DNA of 32,000 bases from assembly GCF_016881365.1 (NCBI RefSeq), contig NZ_WLYT01000001.1, forward strand, positions 797,754-829,753, in the 5' to 3' direction. The position numbers and the translations under genes are program-made. A model generated the notes under the pieces. The model had not been told where the DNA came from and did no database searches. It saw nothing but the letters and a program-made list of their open reading frames with translations. This document shows, piece by piece, positions 1 through 7,826 of this stretch (position 1 is the stretch's first letter; each line of letters opens with the position of its first letter). This DNA is from Deefgea sp. CFH1-16 (GTDB lineage: Bacteria > Pseudomonadota > Gammaproteobacteria > Burkholderiales > Chitinibacteraceae).

Positions 1-621
1 AGAGCGACTTGAACAACGCTCATTTCTTGATTCAAATTATTTACTGCAGCTTTTGCTATAGATTCTTTAAATTTAGCGACATAATACCCATTAGGACGCT
101 GACCAGTTACATATGCCGCAACGGGTTTCTTCCAATTAGAAAATTGTGACAACTTATCAAATGAATTCCATTGCTGTAGCCAACTCCCATCTTGATCCAT
201 ATAAAATGGAAGAAATAAATAAGGTGGCGTAGCTTGTGACAATGTTTCTTGGTGTGTTGGCAGCATTAATCGAAAATCAAATAAAGCTGCAATTATCTGG
301 GACCACTCTCGGGTAACTCGTAGTCACACTAATTCGCTGAGTTGAATCATCTCGAAGCGCATAGACATTTGCGCGTCTATAGGCAGTATATGATTTTCCG
401 TCAAGCTCAAACTCTACAACAGATACTGCAAGCTTATCCCATCTATCAGTCTTTCCCTTAACCTCACACCCCAATGTTCGGAAGAGATGCTTGACGATAG
501 TCGATTTTCCCGTGTGATTTCTTCCCACCAGTAGAGTCCTCTGCTGGTTGAATACAATCTTGCGCGCCGCTCTCGCAATGTCTGAAACGAGCCAAAGTTT
601 TTTGAATCGCAAACGTGTCAT
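1..621 (-). CDS. P-loop ABC/SMC-type ATPase (LmuB-like partner of the upstream nuclease). The 3' end runs off the window, and the frame is broken between 277 and 323.
   Basis: ORF 277..621 starts MTRLRFKKLWLV with Walker A GRNHTGKST about 35 aa in. SD aaggaaagg lies just upstream of the ATG at 621. After its TGA (277-279) a second minus-strand frame is open from 323 to position 1 (REWSQIIAALFDFRLMLPTHQETLSQATPPYLFLPFYMDQDGSWLQQW...). A GGG run at 311-313 is a candidate indel site. Confidence 0.6.
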
Positions 622-675
622 GTTTGCCTTTCCTTAAATTTCGTACAAGCCGAAGGGTGTTAGAAGTATGGTTAT

Positions 676-1758
676 TCATTGTTCCATCCAATAAAGAACC
701 GCAGCAAGTAGATAATCTTTTTCTAGCATTCCAAACGATAATTTCTTGGAAGAGCTCATGACCTGATCCACAACCCAATTAGCAACGTCCCAAGATGTCA
801 CCAAATGATCAGGCACTGATTGAAGTGTCAAAGAAACTAATTGCTTAAGCGATGCAAGTACATCAGAAGCTATCCCAGCTTTTTCCACCAAAAATTGTCG
901 AGCAGCACGTTTTATTGCTTCACGCCGATTATAAGGGACATTTTCTTGGGCAAGATTAGCTAAACAAAAACTAATAATTTCAGAGTCAGGTCGACGAGAC
1001 AATGTTATAGAGAGCATACTTGTAAATTGAGATTTAGAAATGCCCCTGATCCGCCCTAAGTCCTCAAATGTTCCTGCATCTTCTGTAGATGTCGCTTTAA
1101 TCTTAATCTCACTATAAAGTGCTTTACAAAATACATCCGCCCTAACTACGTGATCAGGGAATTTTTCAGCAAGATAAGATGAAACTCGACCAATCGCATG
1201 ATTTTCTAAATCATCAATTGCTAGTGGGCTGCGAACAAATTTAAAAGAGCTAAAATCAATATCAGATTCAATAACTCCCAATTCTTTAGCAATAGACTGA
1301 CGCAACGAATTAGACAAAACTGGATCAATATCTGACCCCAAAAATTCACTGCGGGTTGTAGAGTCATCAGTAGTAATTAACTTCAAATCAACTGGAGCAT
1401 TACTAACAAAAGCAATAATTTTCGTTTCGTTTTTTACAATACTTTGAGACTCATGAAGCTTAGTAAGAATCGATTTACCGACTTTGGGTGGTTTAGATAA
1501 TGTCGTTTTTGTCCATTTTCCACCAGCCCCTTCTTTTTTCTTTAACTGAAACAAATCAATTTCGGTTGGATAAACTTCATCATTTAATACTGCAACATCT
1601 TCAATAAACTCTAACAAAAAAAGGTAGTTATCTTTTTCAAGGTCTACCTTCAATAGATGGCACAATGCCCAATAACGCTGAAACTCGTGGCCCTTTCCCC
1701 CATGTCGTCCCCCACGTTCTTTTGTAAGCGAATCATTCAATGTGTCAAGAAATGCCAT
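676..1758 (-). CDS. Cap4/DUF4297-like PD-(D/E)xK nuclease-domain protein (LmuA-like effector candidate)
   Basis: 360-aa ORF. The N-terminus GGRHGGKGHEFQRYWALCHLL ... LEFIEDVAV ... LFQLKKKEGAGGKWTKTTL fits the G-x-x-G-f-x-y-Q / E..D / Q-x-K layout I associate with the Cap4 dsDNA nuclease domain. The C-terminal half is helical. A 54-bp gap separates it from the downstream ATPase on the same strand. Confidence 0.55.
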   Translation of the reverse strand: MAFLDTLNDSLTKERGGRHGGKGHEFQRYWALCHLLKVDLEKDNYLFLLEFIEDVAVLNDEVYPTEIDLFQLKKKEGAGGKWTKTTLSKPPKVGKSILTKLHESQSIVKNETKIIAFVSNAPVDLKLITTDDSTTRSEFLGSDIDPVLSNSLRQSIAKELGVIESDIDFSSFKFVRSPLAIDDLENHAIGRVSSYLAEKFPDHVVRADVFCKALYSEIKIKATSTEDAGTFEDLGRIRGISKSQFTSMLSITLSRRPDSEIISFCLANLAQENVPYNRREAIKRAARQFLVEKAGIASDVLASLKQLVSLTLQSVPDHLVTSWDVANWVVDQVMSSSKKLSFGMLEKDYLLAAVLYWMEQ

Positions 1759-1854
1759 CTAGTTGCTCTGTAGTTAGCGAAATAAAGATACCCGCGCTAG
1801 TACAACATAAACTTTCGAGACAGTGCAAGGAAAAACAAAGTTTCACACCTATAA

Positions 1855-2208
1855 TTACTTGCAAAACCCTGACTTCAGTTGAACATCATGCAAGTATTTT
1901 TGCAATCCATGTTTCTGAATCACTTCCAGTAGTTTCAAAGCCATGCCACTAGGGCGCTTTGCGCCTGACTCCCATTTTTGCACTGTCGATTCACTGGTGT
2001 TCAGGTAGCGGGCAAACACAGGCTGGCTGACATGGTTGAGTTCGCGCAACTCTTTAATTTTGGCAGGCTCCAGCTCAAGCGGTACAGCAAAACAGGAGTC
2101 ATTAAAAGTACGCATGGTTGCTTTATCAATCGCACCGACTTTAAGCAAAGCACTGGCCGATCCATGGATAACCGCGAAAGCTTCGCTTTTGAATTTAGGT
2201 TTTGTCAT
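1855..2208 (-). CDS. XRE-family HTH antitoxin (HigA2 / COG2944-like)
   Basis: 117 aa. IKELRELNHVSQPVFARYLNTSESTVQKWESGAKRPSGMALKLLEVI is a typical HTH_XRE segment of the antitoxins paired with HigB2-type toxins. It overlaps the upstream toxin gene by 14 nt. Confidence 0.75.
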   Translation of the reverse strand: MTKPKFKSEAFAVIHGSASALLKVGAIDKATMRTFNDSCFAVPLELEPAKIKELRELNHVSQPVFARYLNTSESTVQKWESGAKRPSGMALKLLEVIQKHGLQKYLHDVQLKSGFCK

Positions 2209-2575
2209 GGCATATCTCCATCAAGTCTTTGTCTTGCAATAATTGTACAAGCTGGCTGTTCGTCATCCCTTCATAAGCCTTGGCAAGCAAGCGAAAACTA
2301 GCCAGTTCATCGGCTTCAATATTGGCGCGGTCTTTCTTGGCGAACAAGTATTCGTATACCCAATATCGACCCGCCTTAGCCAAAATAATCGAACGATGCA
2401 TATTGCTGTTCAGACGCTTCTTATAAACGCCACCGCCCAGATCATCAGCTTGACCTTGCAGCACCTGCCGGATGGCATCACACAGCTCGGTGTCGGATAT
2501 ATGAGCTTTTTTTGCGGCCTTGGCAAACCATGCCGTTTTAAAGGCACGCGCACAGGATTCTGATAAATTTGACAT
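2195..2575 (-). CDS. RelE/ParE-superfamily toxin, HigB2-like (COG4737 type)
   Basis: 126 aa. FKTAWFAKAAKKAHISDTELCDAIRQVLQGQADDLGGGVYKKRL ... ILAKAGRYWVYEYLFAKKDRANIEADEL matches the conserved pattern of this toxin family. The toxin-first order with an overlapping HTH antitoxin also fits. Confidence 0.75.
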   Translation of the reverse strand: MSNLSESCARAFKTAWFAKAAKKAHISDTELCDAIRQVLQGQADDLGGGVYKKRLNSNMHRSIILAKAGRYWVYEYLFAKKDRANIEADELASFRLLAKAYEGMTNSQLVQLLQDKDLMEICHDKT

Positions 2576-2583
2576 ACTTTATA

Positions 2584-2600
2584 GTAGCACTTGGTGCTAC
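2584..2600. promoter_or_regulatory. Perfect palindrome GTAGCAC-TTG-GTGCTAC directly upstream of the toxin start; candidate TA operator
   Basis: The 7-bp arms (2584-2590 and 2594-2600) are exact reverse complements and lie 9 nt upstream of the ATG at 2575. On the coding strand tataaa follows immediately. Confidence 0.4.
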
Positions 2601-2664
2601 CAAAAAACAAGAAGGATACAGAAAATCAATGAGGAAGATCAGTATTCATGACGGGCTAAGATCT

Positions 2665-2883
2665 ACGCATAAACGCTCAGACTCTTTGATTTTATTATGT
2701 TTTTTTAATACCAATATCACATCAACACGCATAAACTGCCGCGCTTCGCTTGTCGGCTACTCAAAAAATAGTGAACAAAAGACCGTTCACCATCTTTTGA
2801 CCAGCTCCTATGCCAGAATTTGGCTATATCGACACATTAGCAATCACCGTGTATGGACTATAGTCACGCATAAACACTCAGAT
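2665..2883 (+). repeat. Three direct copies of ACGCATAAAC in the TA-HAD intergenic region; the outer two extend to 17/18 identity
   Basis: acgcataaacGctcagaC at 2665-2682, acgcataaac at 2727-2736, and acgcataaacActcagaT at 2866-2883. The last overlaps the stop codon of the HAD-like gene. Confidence 0.6.
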
Positions 2884-3381
2884 TTCATTGCGTTTCAGGC
2901 GGTCTTGCAACTGAAGCAGAACATGCTGCGCGGATAAGCCTGTGTCACTTGACGTTTGAATCAGTTTATCTAGGTCTGCTTCGCCCCAATGCTCACCATG
3001 GTCGTCAATAGCTAGCCAGTTCTGAATCCGATAAAAATCGACCCACCGCTTAATTTGCTGATACCGACTTGCAGTGCTCCAGTAAGAATATGGCAAGCCT
3101 CGGTTGTAATTGGACACGCAACGGACATGATGCCATGTTGAACCTATAACTCGTTCACGTAGCAAAGGCGGAAGACATCCCCGCACAGGAATATATTCAA
3201 GCCAGCGCCCCCAGCTTGTACTCAAAACAATTCGTACATCAGGGTACTTTTGAAGTGACTGACTAAGCAGGTCTGCCCACATGAAAAGCGCGCCGCTCCC
3301 CTTCAATACAGGACACCGACTAGTGTCTAAAAATACAGAATCGGGATGAAGTACGCCATCAAAATCAAGGAACAAAATCAT
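2878..3381 (-). CDS. Stand-alone HAD-superfamily phosphatase-like protein
   Basis: 167 aa. The N-terminal MILFLDFDGVLHP is HAD motif I (DxDGV), VLSTSW is a candidate motif II, and LAIDDHGEHW is a candidate DD motif IV. There is no cap domain or fused partner. Confidence 0.6.
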   Translation of the reverse strand: MILFLDFDGVLHPDSVFLDTSRCPVLKGSGALFMWADLLSQSLQKYPDVRIVLSTSWGRWLEYIPVRGCLPPLLRERVIGSTWHHVRCVSNYNRGLPYSYWSTASRYQQIKRWVDFYRIQNWLAIDDHGEHWGEADLDKLIQTSSDTGLSAQHVLLQLQDRLKRNEI

Positions 3382-3556
3382 GGTATTCCAATGAAATCAG
3401 CCGCACACGACCCCATGTGCTTAATGTAAGCGGAGAACATTTTCCCTTCCTTGACGTGTTGACTTTCTTTCTAAAAAATTCCGCATAACTTGTAACAAAA
3501 GAAATAAAGCAATACCCTACGTTACCCCCCAACAAGTCACGTAAGGAAAGCAAGTT

Positions 3557-3988
3557 ATGAATGCAATTATGAAACTAGCCCTTGTTACCGCATTCTTATG
3601 TGCGGGCATAAGTGCTTACGCTGCTGATGCCAAGCTTGCGGCCGCAACAACCGTTGAAAAGGCGCTTTCTTGCGAGTTGCCCAAGGGAAAATACAAGACA
3701 GTACAAAAGGCGCTTGCAACACTAGGCACAAAGGCCAAAGACGAGGTGTACACGCTCAGCACACCTATAAACGTATTCGGACTGCAAGTAACTCAAATAA
3801 ACATTAGCAATGATGATGTTGAGATTTACATCTCAAATATACCGGGCGCAAAACTTGATGAAGTAGGTAAAGCGGCAAAGCTTCAACCACTTGCTGGTGA
3901 TTATCAGCTTGATACAAAACATGGTCAATTACGCGCAGCAATTCGTGACCACAATGTTGTTTCCTTAAGTTGCACAGTTAAAAAATAA
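3557..3988 (+). CDS. Secreted/periplasmic protein of unknown function
   Basis: 143 aa. Sec signal peptide MNAIMKLALVTAFLCAGISAYA|AD, two Cys residues (C39, C139), and SD aaggaaag upstream. I recognise no family. Confidence 0.6.
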   Translation: MNAIMKLALVTAFLCAGISAYAADAKLAAATTVEKALSCELPKGKYKTVQKALATLGTKAKDEVYTLSTPINVFGLQVTQINISNDDVEIYISNIPGAKLDEVGKAAKLQPLAGDYQLDTKHGQLRAAIRDHNVVSLSCTVKK

Positions 3989-4032
3989 GTTTTATTGCAT
4001 GCAATTTTATTAATCAATTTCAGGAAATAAAA

Positions 4033-4647
4033 ATGTCAGGATTAGCTCGTACAGCAGGAGTAACAGCTCTCGGAAATTTAGCCGTTCCTGTTGGGCTTTT
4101 TTCAGCAATTGCATCGATCGGTTCTTTGGCCTTACTGATACTTGTATCAGACGCTAGAAGAGGATCAACGTTTGCCTTCTTTATTGCGGCCACGGCTATT
4201 TGTTTTTTCTCAATAAGATTTCTTCAAACATTAGCAAGTAAGGCACGAACACTTATTGAAAAAATAAATAAACAAGAGGGATTAAACCTGAATCCTCAAA
4301 ATATGCTGGGCTACCCAAGCCCTGCATTTCTTGTTTTTGACAAGAACAATAGAAAAATCGCTATTTGCAATACAAGCACAGAAGAATATTTATTGCGGGA
4401 CTTTTCATATCTTCTTTCATGGAATTACGAATGGACAAATGTCAATAAAATGCAATTTTCAGGATTGGGGAACAGGCTTCCCGGAACAACTATGCAAGCG
4501 CCAACTTTTGAGAAAACAGAACACCAACAAGGGTTTTGTTTTGTTATTGAGGTCGCAGATGAAAACAATCCACGCCTAACCTTTCCGATGACAGAGGCCA
4601 GAGCAAAGGAATGGCATTCAAAGTTTAATGCCATTTTTAATGTATGA
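4033..4647 (+). CDS. Membrane protein with two N-terminal TM helices and a ~120-aa soluble C-terminal domain; unknown function
   Basis: 204 aa. Hydrophobic segments are GVTALGNLAVPVGLFSAIASIGSLALLILV and STFAFFIAATAICFFSIRFL. SD aggaaa lies 6 nt before the ATG. The architecture is superinfection-exclusion-like, but I recognise no sequence match. Confidence 0.55.
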   Translation: MSGLARTAGVTALGNLAVPVGLFSAIASIGSLALLILVSDARRGSTFAFFIAATAICFFSIRFLQTLASKARTLIEKINKQEGLNLNPQNMLGYPSPAFLVFDKNNRKIAICNTSTEEYLLRDFSYLLSWNYEWTNVNKMQFSGLGNRLPGTTMQAPTFEKTEHQQGFCFVIEVADENNPRLTFPMTEARAKEWHSKFNAIFNV

Positions 4648-4732
4648 GTTATTTTAATATAAACAATACGATTCAGAACGATATACGTACATATACGAAT
4701 TAAAAACATACAACAAAAAGGAAAAAATAAAA

Positions 4733-5233
4733 ATGTCAACCTTTGAAATAGTAGCACTTGTAGTGCCAATGTTTATAATTGGTTATCTAGTTTTTTTCCC
4801 AAGCTGGCTAAAAGAGGCGACAGAAAAAATATTAACGGTCGCGATGGGACTTTCAATGGACTCAATAAAATTCACTGAAACAATCGTTGAGATAACGATG
4901 ATCATGGCTCATTTTCTAGGTCGAATAGCAACCACACTACTACTAATTGGTGCACTAGCAGTATTTTTCAATGAAACCTTGCCTATTTTTGGTCTAGGCA
5001 CCCAATTTATATGGAGTGAATACAATCTATTGCGAGAATTATTTACTAAGCCATACACTTGGGCTGCAGCAACTACTATTATCACATCAACTGTTGCAAT
5101 CGGACATTTAAGAAAACTCGATATCGACCGCCAAGAAAGGGAAGAAAAGCAAATTGAAAAGATAGAGTCCAAAATAAAAGAAAGGATGGAGAAAAATAAA
5201 ATTCCTTCTTGCAAAAATAGACCATTGTTCTAA
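4733..5233 (+). CDS. Polytopic membrane protein with a Lys/Glu-rich C-terminal tail; unknown function
   Basis: 166 aa with 3-4 hydrophobic helices, then RKLDIDRQEREEKQIEKIESKIKERMEKNK. SD aaaggaaaa lies upstream. Its stop is only 6 bp from the stop of the convergent secretin gene. Confidence 0.5.
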   Translation: MSTFEIVALVVPMFIIGYLVFFPSWLKEATEKILTVAMGLSMDSIKFTETIVEITMIMAHFLGRIATTLLLIGALAVFFNETLPIFGLGTQFIWSEYNLLRELFTKPYTWAAATTIITSTVAIGHLRKLDIDRQEREEKQIEKIESKIKERMEKNKIPSCKNRPLF

Positions 5234-5239
5234 TAAATT

Positions 5240-6472
5240 TCAAATGCGTTGCAATTGCAAAACTAATAAAAACTCCGTTCTACCTTTGTCTCCAGTCTTG
5301 GAAAATGGCCAGCGTGGTAAAAATGAAAGCCCCGTCTGGCCTATCGTTTCTTTCTCTTCCGAAAGACCTCCCAACAAAATTACCTCACCATCAGCCATGC
5401 TGACAGATGTCCGAATTTCACGCTTAATCAAGGTAGGGCTGTCATTGACGCCATTTTCTGTTTTCACAAAATTAGATAACTGCTGCGCTAAATCAACATC
5501 AATCACGCTCTGCCTAACCGCTGGACTTATATCAAAAATAACACCTGCCGATCTGTATTCAACGGACTGCACCGGCGCAGCGCTTCCATTGGGATAACTG
5601 ACCGCGCCAACAATCGGCACCTCACTACCCACCATCAATCGTGACGATGCTCCTGAACGCACACGCAGACGCGGGGAGGTTACGATTTTAAAACGGGTAT
5701 CCGTAGAAAGAGCAGAAAGGACAGCATCAACACTTGAATTACTAAACTGAATTGTGTTTTCTAGGGCTTTTACGCCAAGTTTTATCGAAAATTTTCCGCC
5801 GAGCAAATTCAAAGCAAGTGAGAATGCTGATCCTTCAGTCTTAGTCGTTGAAACTTCATAAATTGCGCCACTAACCATTACCTCGCCAGTTGAAACATCA
5901 ACCGATGCTAATAGTCGCTTTAATTTTGCAATTTCATCAGCAGTCCCTTGAAAAAGAAGCGTATCTGACTGTTGATTCTGTATAAGCCCAGCTGCAGATG
6001 CAGGAGGTGGATTGGATGGAGTCTGCTCCCCTGGCAGCGTCTTCACGGATCGCTGCACAGAAAATGCACCATTACGAAAAACCGCACTAAGCAAATCAAC
6101 TAAATATGGTAATGAGCGATATTTCGGCTGATAAACAAATACATCATAATTTTCAGCTGCAATTTCTTGCTTTTTTAATGATACAAAATCAATGCCATTA
6201 CATGTTTCTACGGCAATGCCCAATGACTCAAGAAAAGCTCGCCAAAATTGGCGAAGATCTCCTTTCTCTGATTCAAACCGAAATGAAACAACACGTTCAT
6301 CACGCAGCACATCTGGCGAAATAACATACGGCTGATGTAATGCTTGCAAATATACAAGCCCCACTACCTGAGCGACACTGACCTGTTGAAAATCGAATTT
6401 AACAGGCTTTAACTGGGCTGAATTTACTGTCGTCGACAAAAACAGGATTATGATAAAAAATACTCTTTTCAT
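5240..6472 (-). CDS. Filamentous-phage pIV-type secretin
   Basis: 410 aa. Signal peptide MKRVFFIIILFLSTTVNSA. The C-terminal secretin-domain pattern is VTSPRLRVRSGASSRLMVGSEVPIV ... GVIFDISPAV ... IRTSVSMADGEVILLGGLSEEKETIGQTGLSFLP. Its start overlaps the Zot stop (ATGA). Confidence 0.85.
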   Translation of the reverse strand: MKRVFFIIILFLSTTVNSAQLKPVKFDFQQVSVAQVVGLVYLQALHQPYVISPDVLRDERVVSFRFESEKGDLRQFWRAFLESLGIAVETCNGIDFVSLKKQEIAAENYDVFVYQPKYRSLPYLVDLLSAVFRNGAFSVQRSVKTLPGEQTPSNPPPASAAGLIQNQQSDTLLFQGTADEIAKLKRLLASVDVSTGEVMVSGAIYEVSTTKTEGSAFSLALNLLGGKFSIKLGVKALENTIQFSNSSVDAVLSALSTDTRFKIVTSPRLRVRSGASSRLMVGSEVPIVGAVSYPNGSAAPVQSVEYRSAGVIFDISPAVRQSVIDVDLAQQLSNFVKTENGVNDSPTLIKREIRTSVSMADGEVILLGGLSEEKETIGQTGLSFLPRWPFSKTGDKGRTEFLLVLQLQRI

Positions 6473-7530
6473 TTTACCGCCTCAGTCTGAATGATTGCTT
6501 TTAAAGGCGATCCGGAAAATCGTGTAACTCGCTCACCATCAATTTCACCGATCATGGCAATATCGCTAGCATGAAATATGCTCGGCGACTCCACCCGCAA
6601 TCGACCTGAATTATCGACAACAACAGACCAGCGTTCACCATCAGTTTCAAATGATCCTACGACACGCCAATTTTCAGAAAAAAGCTGCTTTTCCTTGGGC
6701 GGAATAACAGAAGGAACTGCAGACGTGGATACCGCAATGGAATCCTTAAGTGAACTAGGTTTAGACGTAGAAGGAGGATGAAAAAAACGCCACGTTGCAA
6801 CGCCAGAAATAAGCATCAAAATAATTAGAAATATGGCATAAACCCATAACGTTTTATTTGCAAAGATATTCTGGCGTTTATCAATTACCGTTTCTTGACC
6901 CTGACCACCTGTATAGGATTGGTACAATGGAAATATTTTCGGATCATAACTTTTTTGGCGGGTATCAATACGCGTTTTGCTATTTAATTTCCACCCTTCA
7001 TGGATATCGACACGATACCTTTTTGAGAAGCCAAGGCTTTTATGCTTCTGCATCCGAAATGTGAATTCAATTACATTTTTAACACTACGGTGTAACCCAG
7101 TTACATCTTGGGTCATCAAAACAACATCGCATGCAACCGCTGTCTTTTCATGAACATAATGACGATGCATTCTAAAATACTGCATATGCTCATGACTTAA
7201 CTTACCATTGTCCGTTCCCCAGAAACGCCAAGCCTCATCAATGGCAACTAAATCACCACCTTCGACAACAGATTCCAAATCAGGTTTTTCTTCATCAGGA
7301 AAAAAACAAGCCTGTGATACTCTTTCATTTGTTACATGAATAATGTGACCGAGTTTATCTGACTCTATATTTTTATTATTTATTAGATACTCATGGATTT
7401 TATCTTCATTTATCCCCGCGACATTCGTAACCACACGACGACCATTGGAAATCGCCTCAAGGATGACCGACGAAACAACTTCAAATGATTTCCCTGACCC
7501 TTGCAATCCAGCATAAACGTTAATTGCCAT
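6469..7530 (-). CDS. zot: Zot / pI-family phage assembly ATPase
   Basis: Start chosen at MAINVYAGLQGSGKSFEVV (Walker A), which overlaps the upstream stop as TAATG. There is a central TM helix (LWVYAIFLIILMLISGVATW). The tracked ORF 6469..7632 extends further upstream with no support for the extension. Confidence 0.85.
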   Translation of the reverse strand: MAINVYAGLQGSGKSFEVVSSVILEAISNGRRVVTNVAGINEDKIHEYLINNKNIESDKLGHIIHVTNERVSQACFFPDEEKPDLESVVEGGDLVAIDEAWRFWGTDNGKLSHEHMQYFRMHRHYVHEKTAVACDVVLMTQDVTGLHRSVKNVIEFTFRMQKHKSLGFSKRYRVDIHEGWKLNSKTRIDTRQKSYDPKIFPLYQSYTGGQGQETVIDKRQNIFANKTLWVYAIFLIILMLISGVATWRFFHPPSTSKPSSLKDSIAVSTSAVPSVIPPKEKQLFSENWRVVGSFETDGERWSVVVDNSGRLRVESPSIFHASDIAMIGEIDGERVTRFSGSPLKAIIQTEAVK

Positions 7531-7823
7531 TAGCCAATCACCGGAATTCTGCGAATAATAAATCGGGTAACATAGGCAGAAAGAATTAATGGCACTCCAG
7601 CAGACACATTGAACAAATCTAAAAAATACCAAACAGATGCAGGAATAGCACCAAGAGAAGACGAAATTGAATTTGCATGCGGCAACAAACCTGAGCCGAT
7701 CAAAACTTGTATAAATTCAGTAACGACAAAAAACAATCCGAAAAACAAAACAAACTTAACAATAATTGATCTAATAACAAATCCAAGTATTGTATTTAGA
7801 GCCGATAGTAAAATCCCATACAT
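7530..7823 (-). CDS. pVI-like minor coat/membrane protein (DUF2523-like)
   Basis: 97 aa, hydrophobic, ending YVTRFIIRRIPVIG. It sits between the pIII-like gene and zot, as in Ff and Neisseria filamentous phages. Confidence 0.6.
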   Translation of the reverse strand: MYGILLSALNTILGFVIRSIIVKFVLFFGLFFVVTEFIQVLIGSGLLPHANSISSSLGAIPASVWYFLDLFNVSAGVPLILSAYVTRFIIRRIPVIG

Positions 7824-7826
7824 GCG

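Noticed and set aside
1740-2610. Plus-strand ORFs 1740..1952, 1978..2301, 2036..2242 and 2243..2563, and minus-strand ORF 2410..2610.
   Set aside because: They are antisense or out of frame relative to the well-supported toxin and antitoxin genes, and have no recognisable features.
2665-2883. Interpreting the ACGCATAAAC repeats as integron attC sites, given small cassettes that include a higBA-type TA.
   Set aside because: The repeats do not fit the RYYYAAC / GTTRRRY core pattern. I found no imperfect palindromic attC structure, the gene orientations are mixed, and no intI gene is present in the window.
2569-2937. 122-aa plus-strand ORF filling the TA-HAD intergenic region.
   Set aside because: It has no SD and odd composition. 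It overlaps the 3' end of the HAD-like gene and the TA promoter/operator region, and it contains the repeated ACGCATAAAC elements. It is most likely non-coding.
6469-7632. The longer 387-aa form of the Zot ORF, and the long forms of other tracked ORFs (chitinase from 23605, sodB from 22560, rpoD from 16240, cobD-like from 22501, 29125, 30039).
   Set aside because: The upstream extensions overlap neighbouring genes or lack an SD. Internal starts give canonical N-termini (Walker A spacing, signal peptides, conserved first residues) and stop/start coupling.
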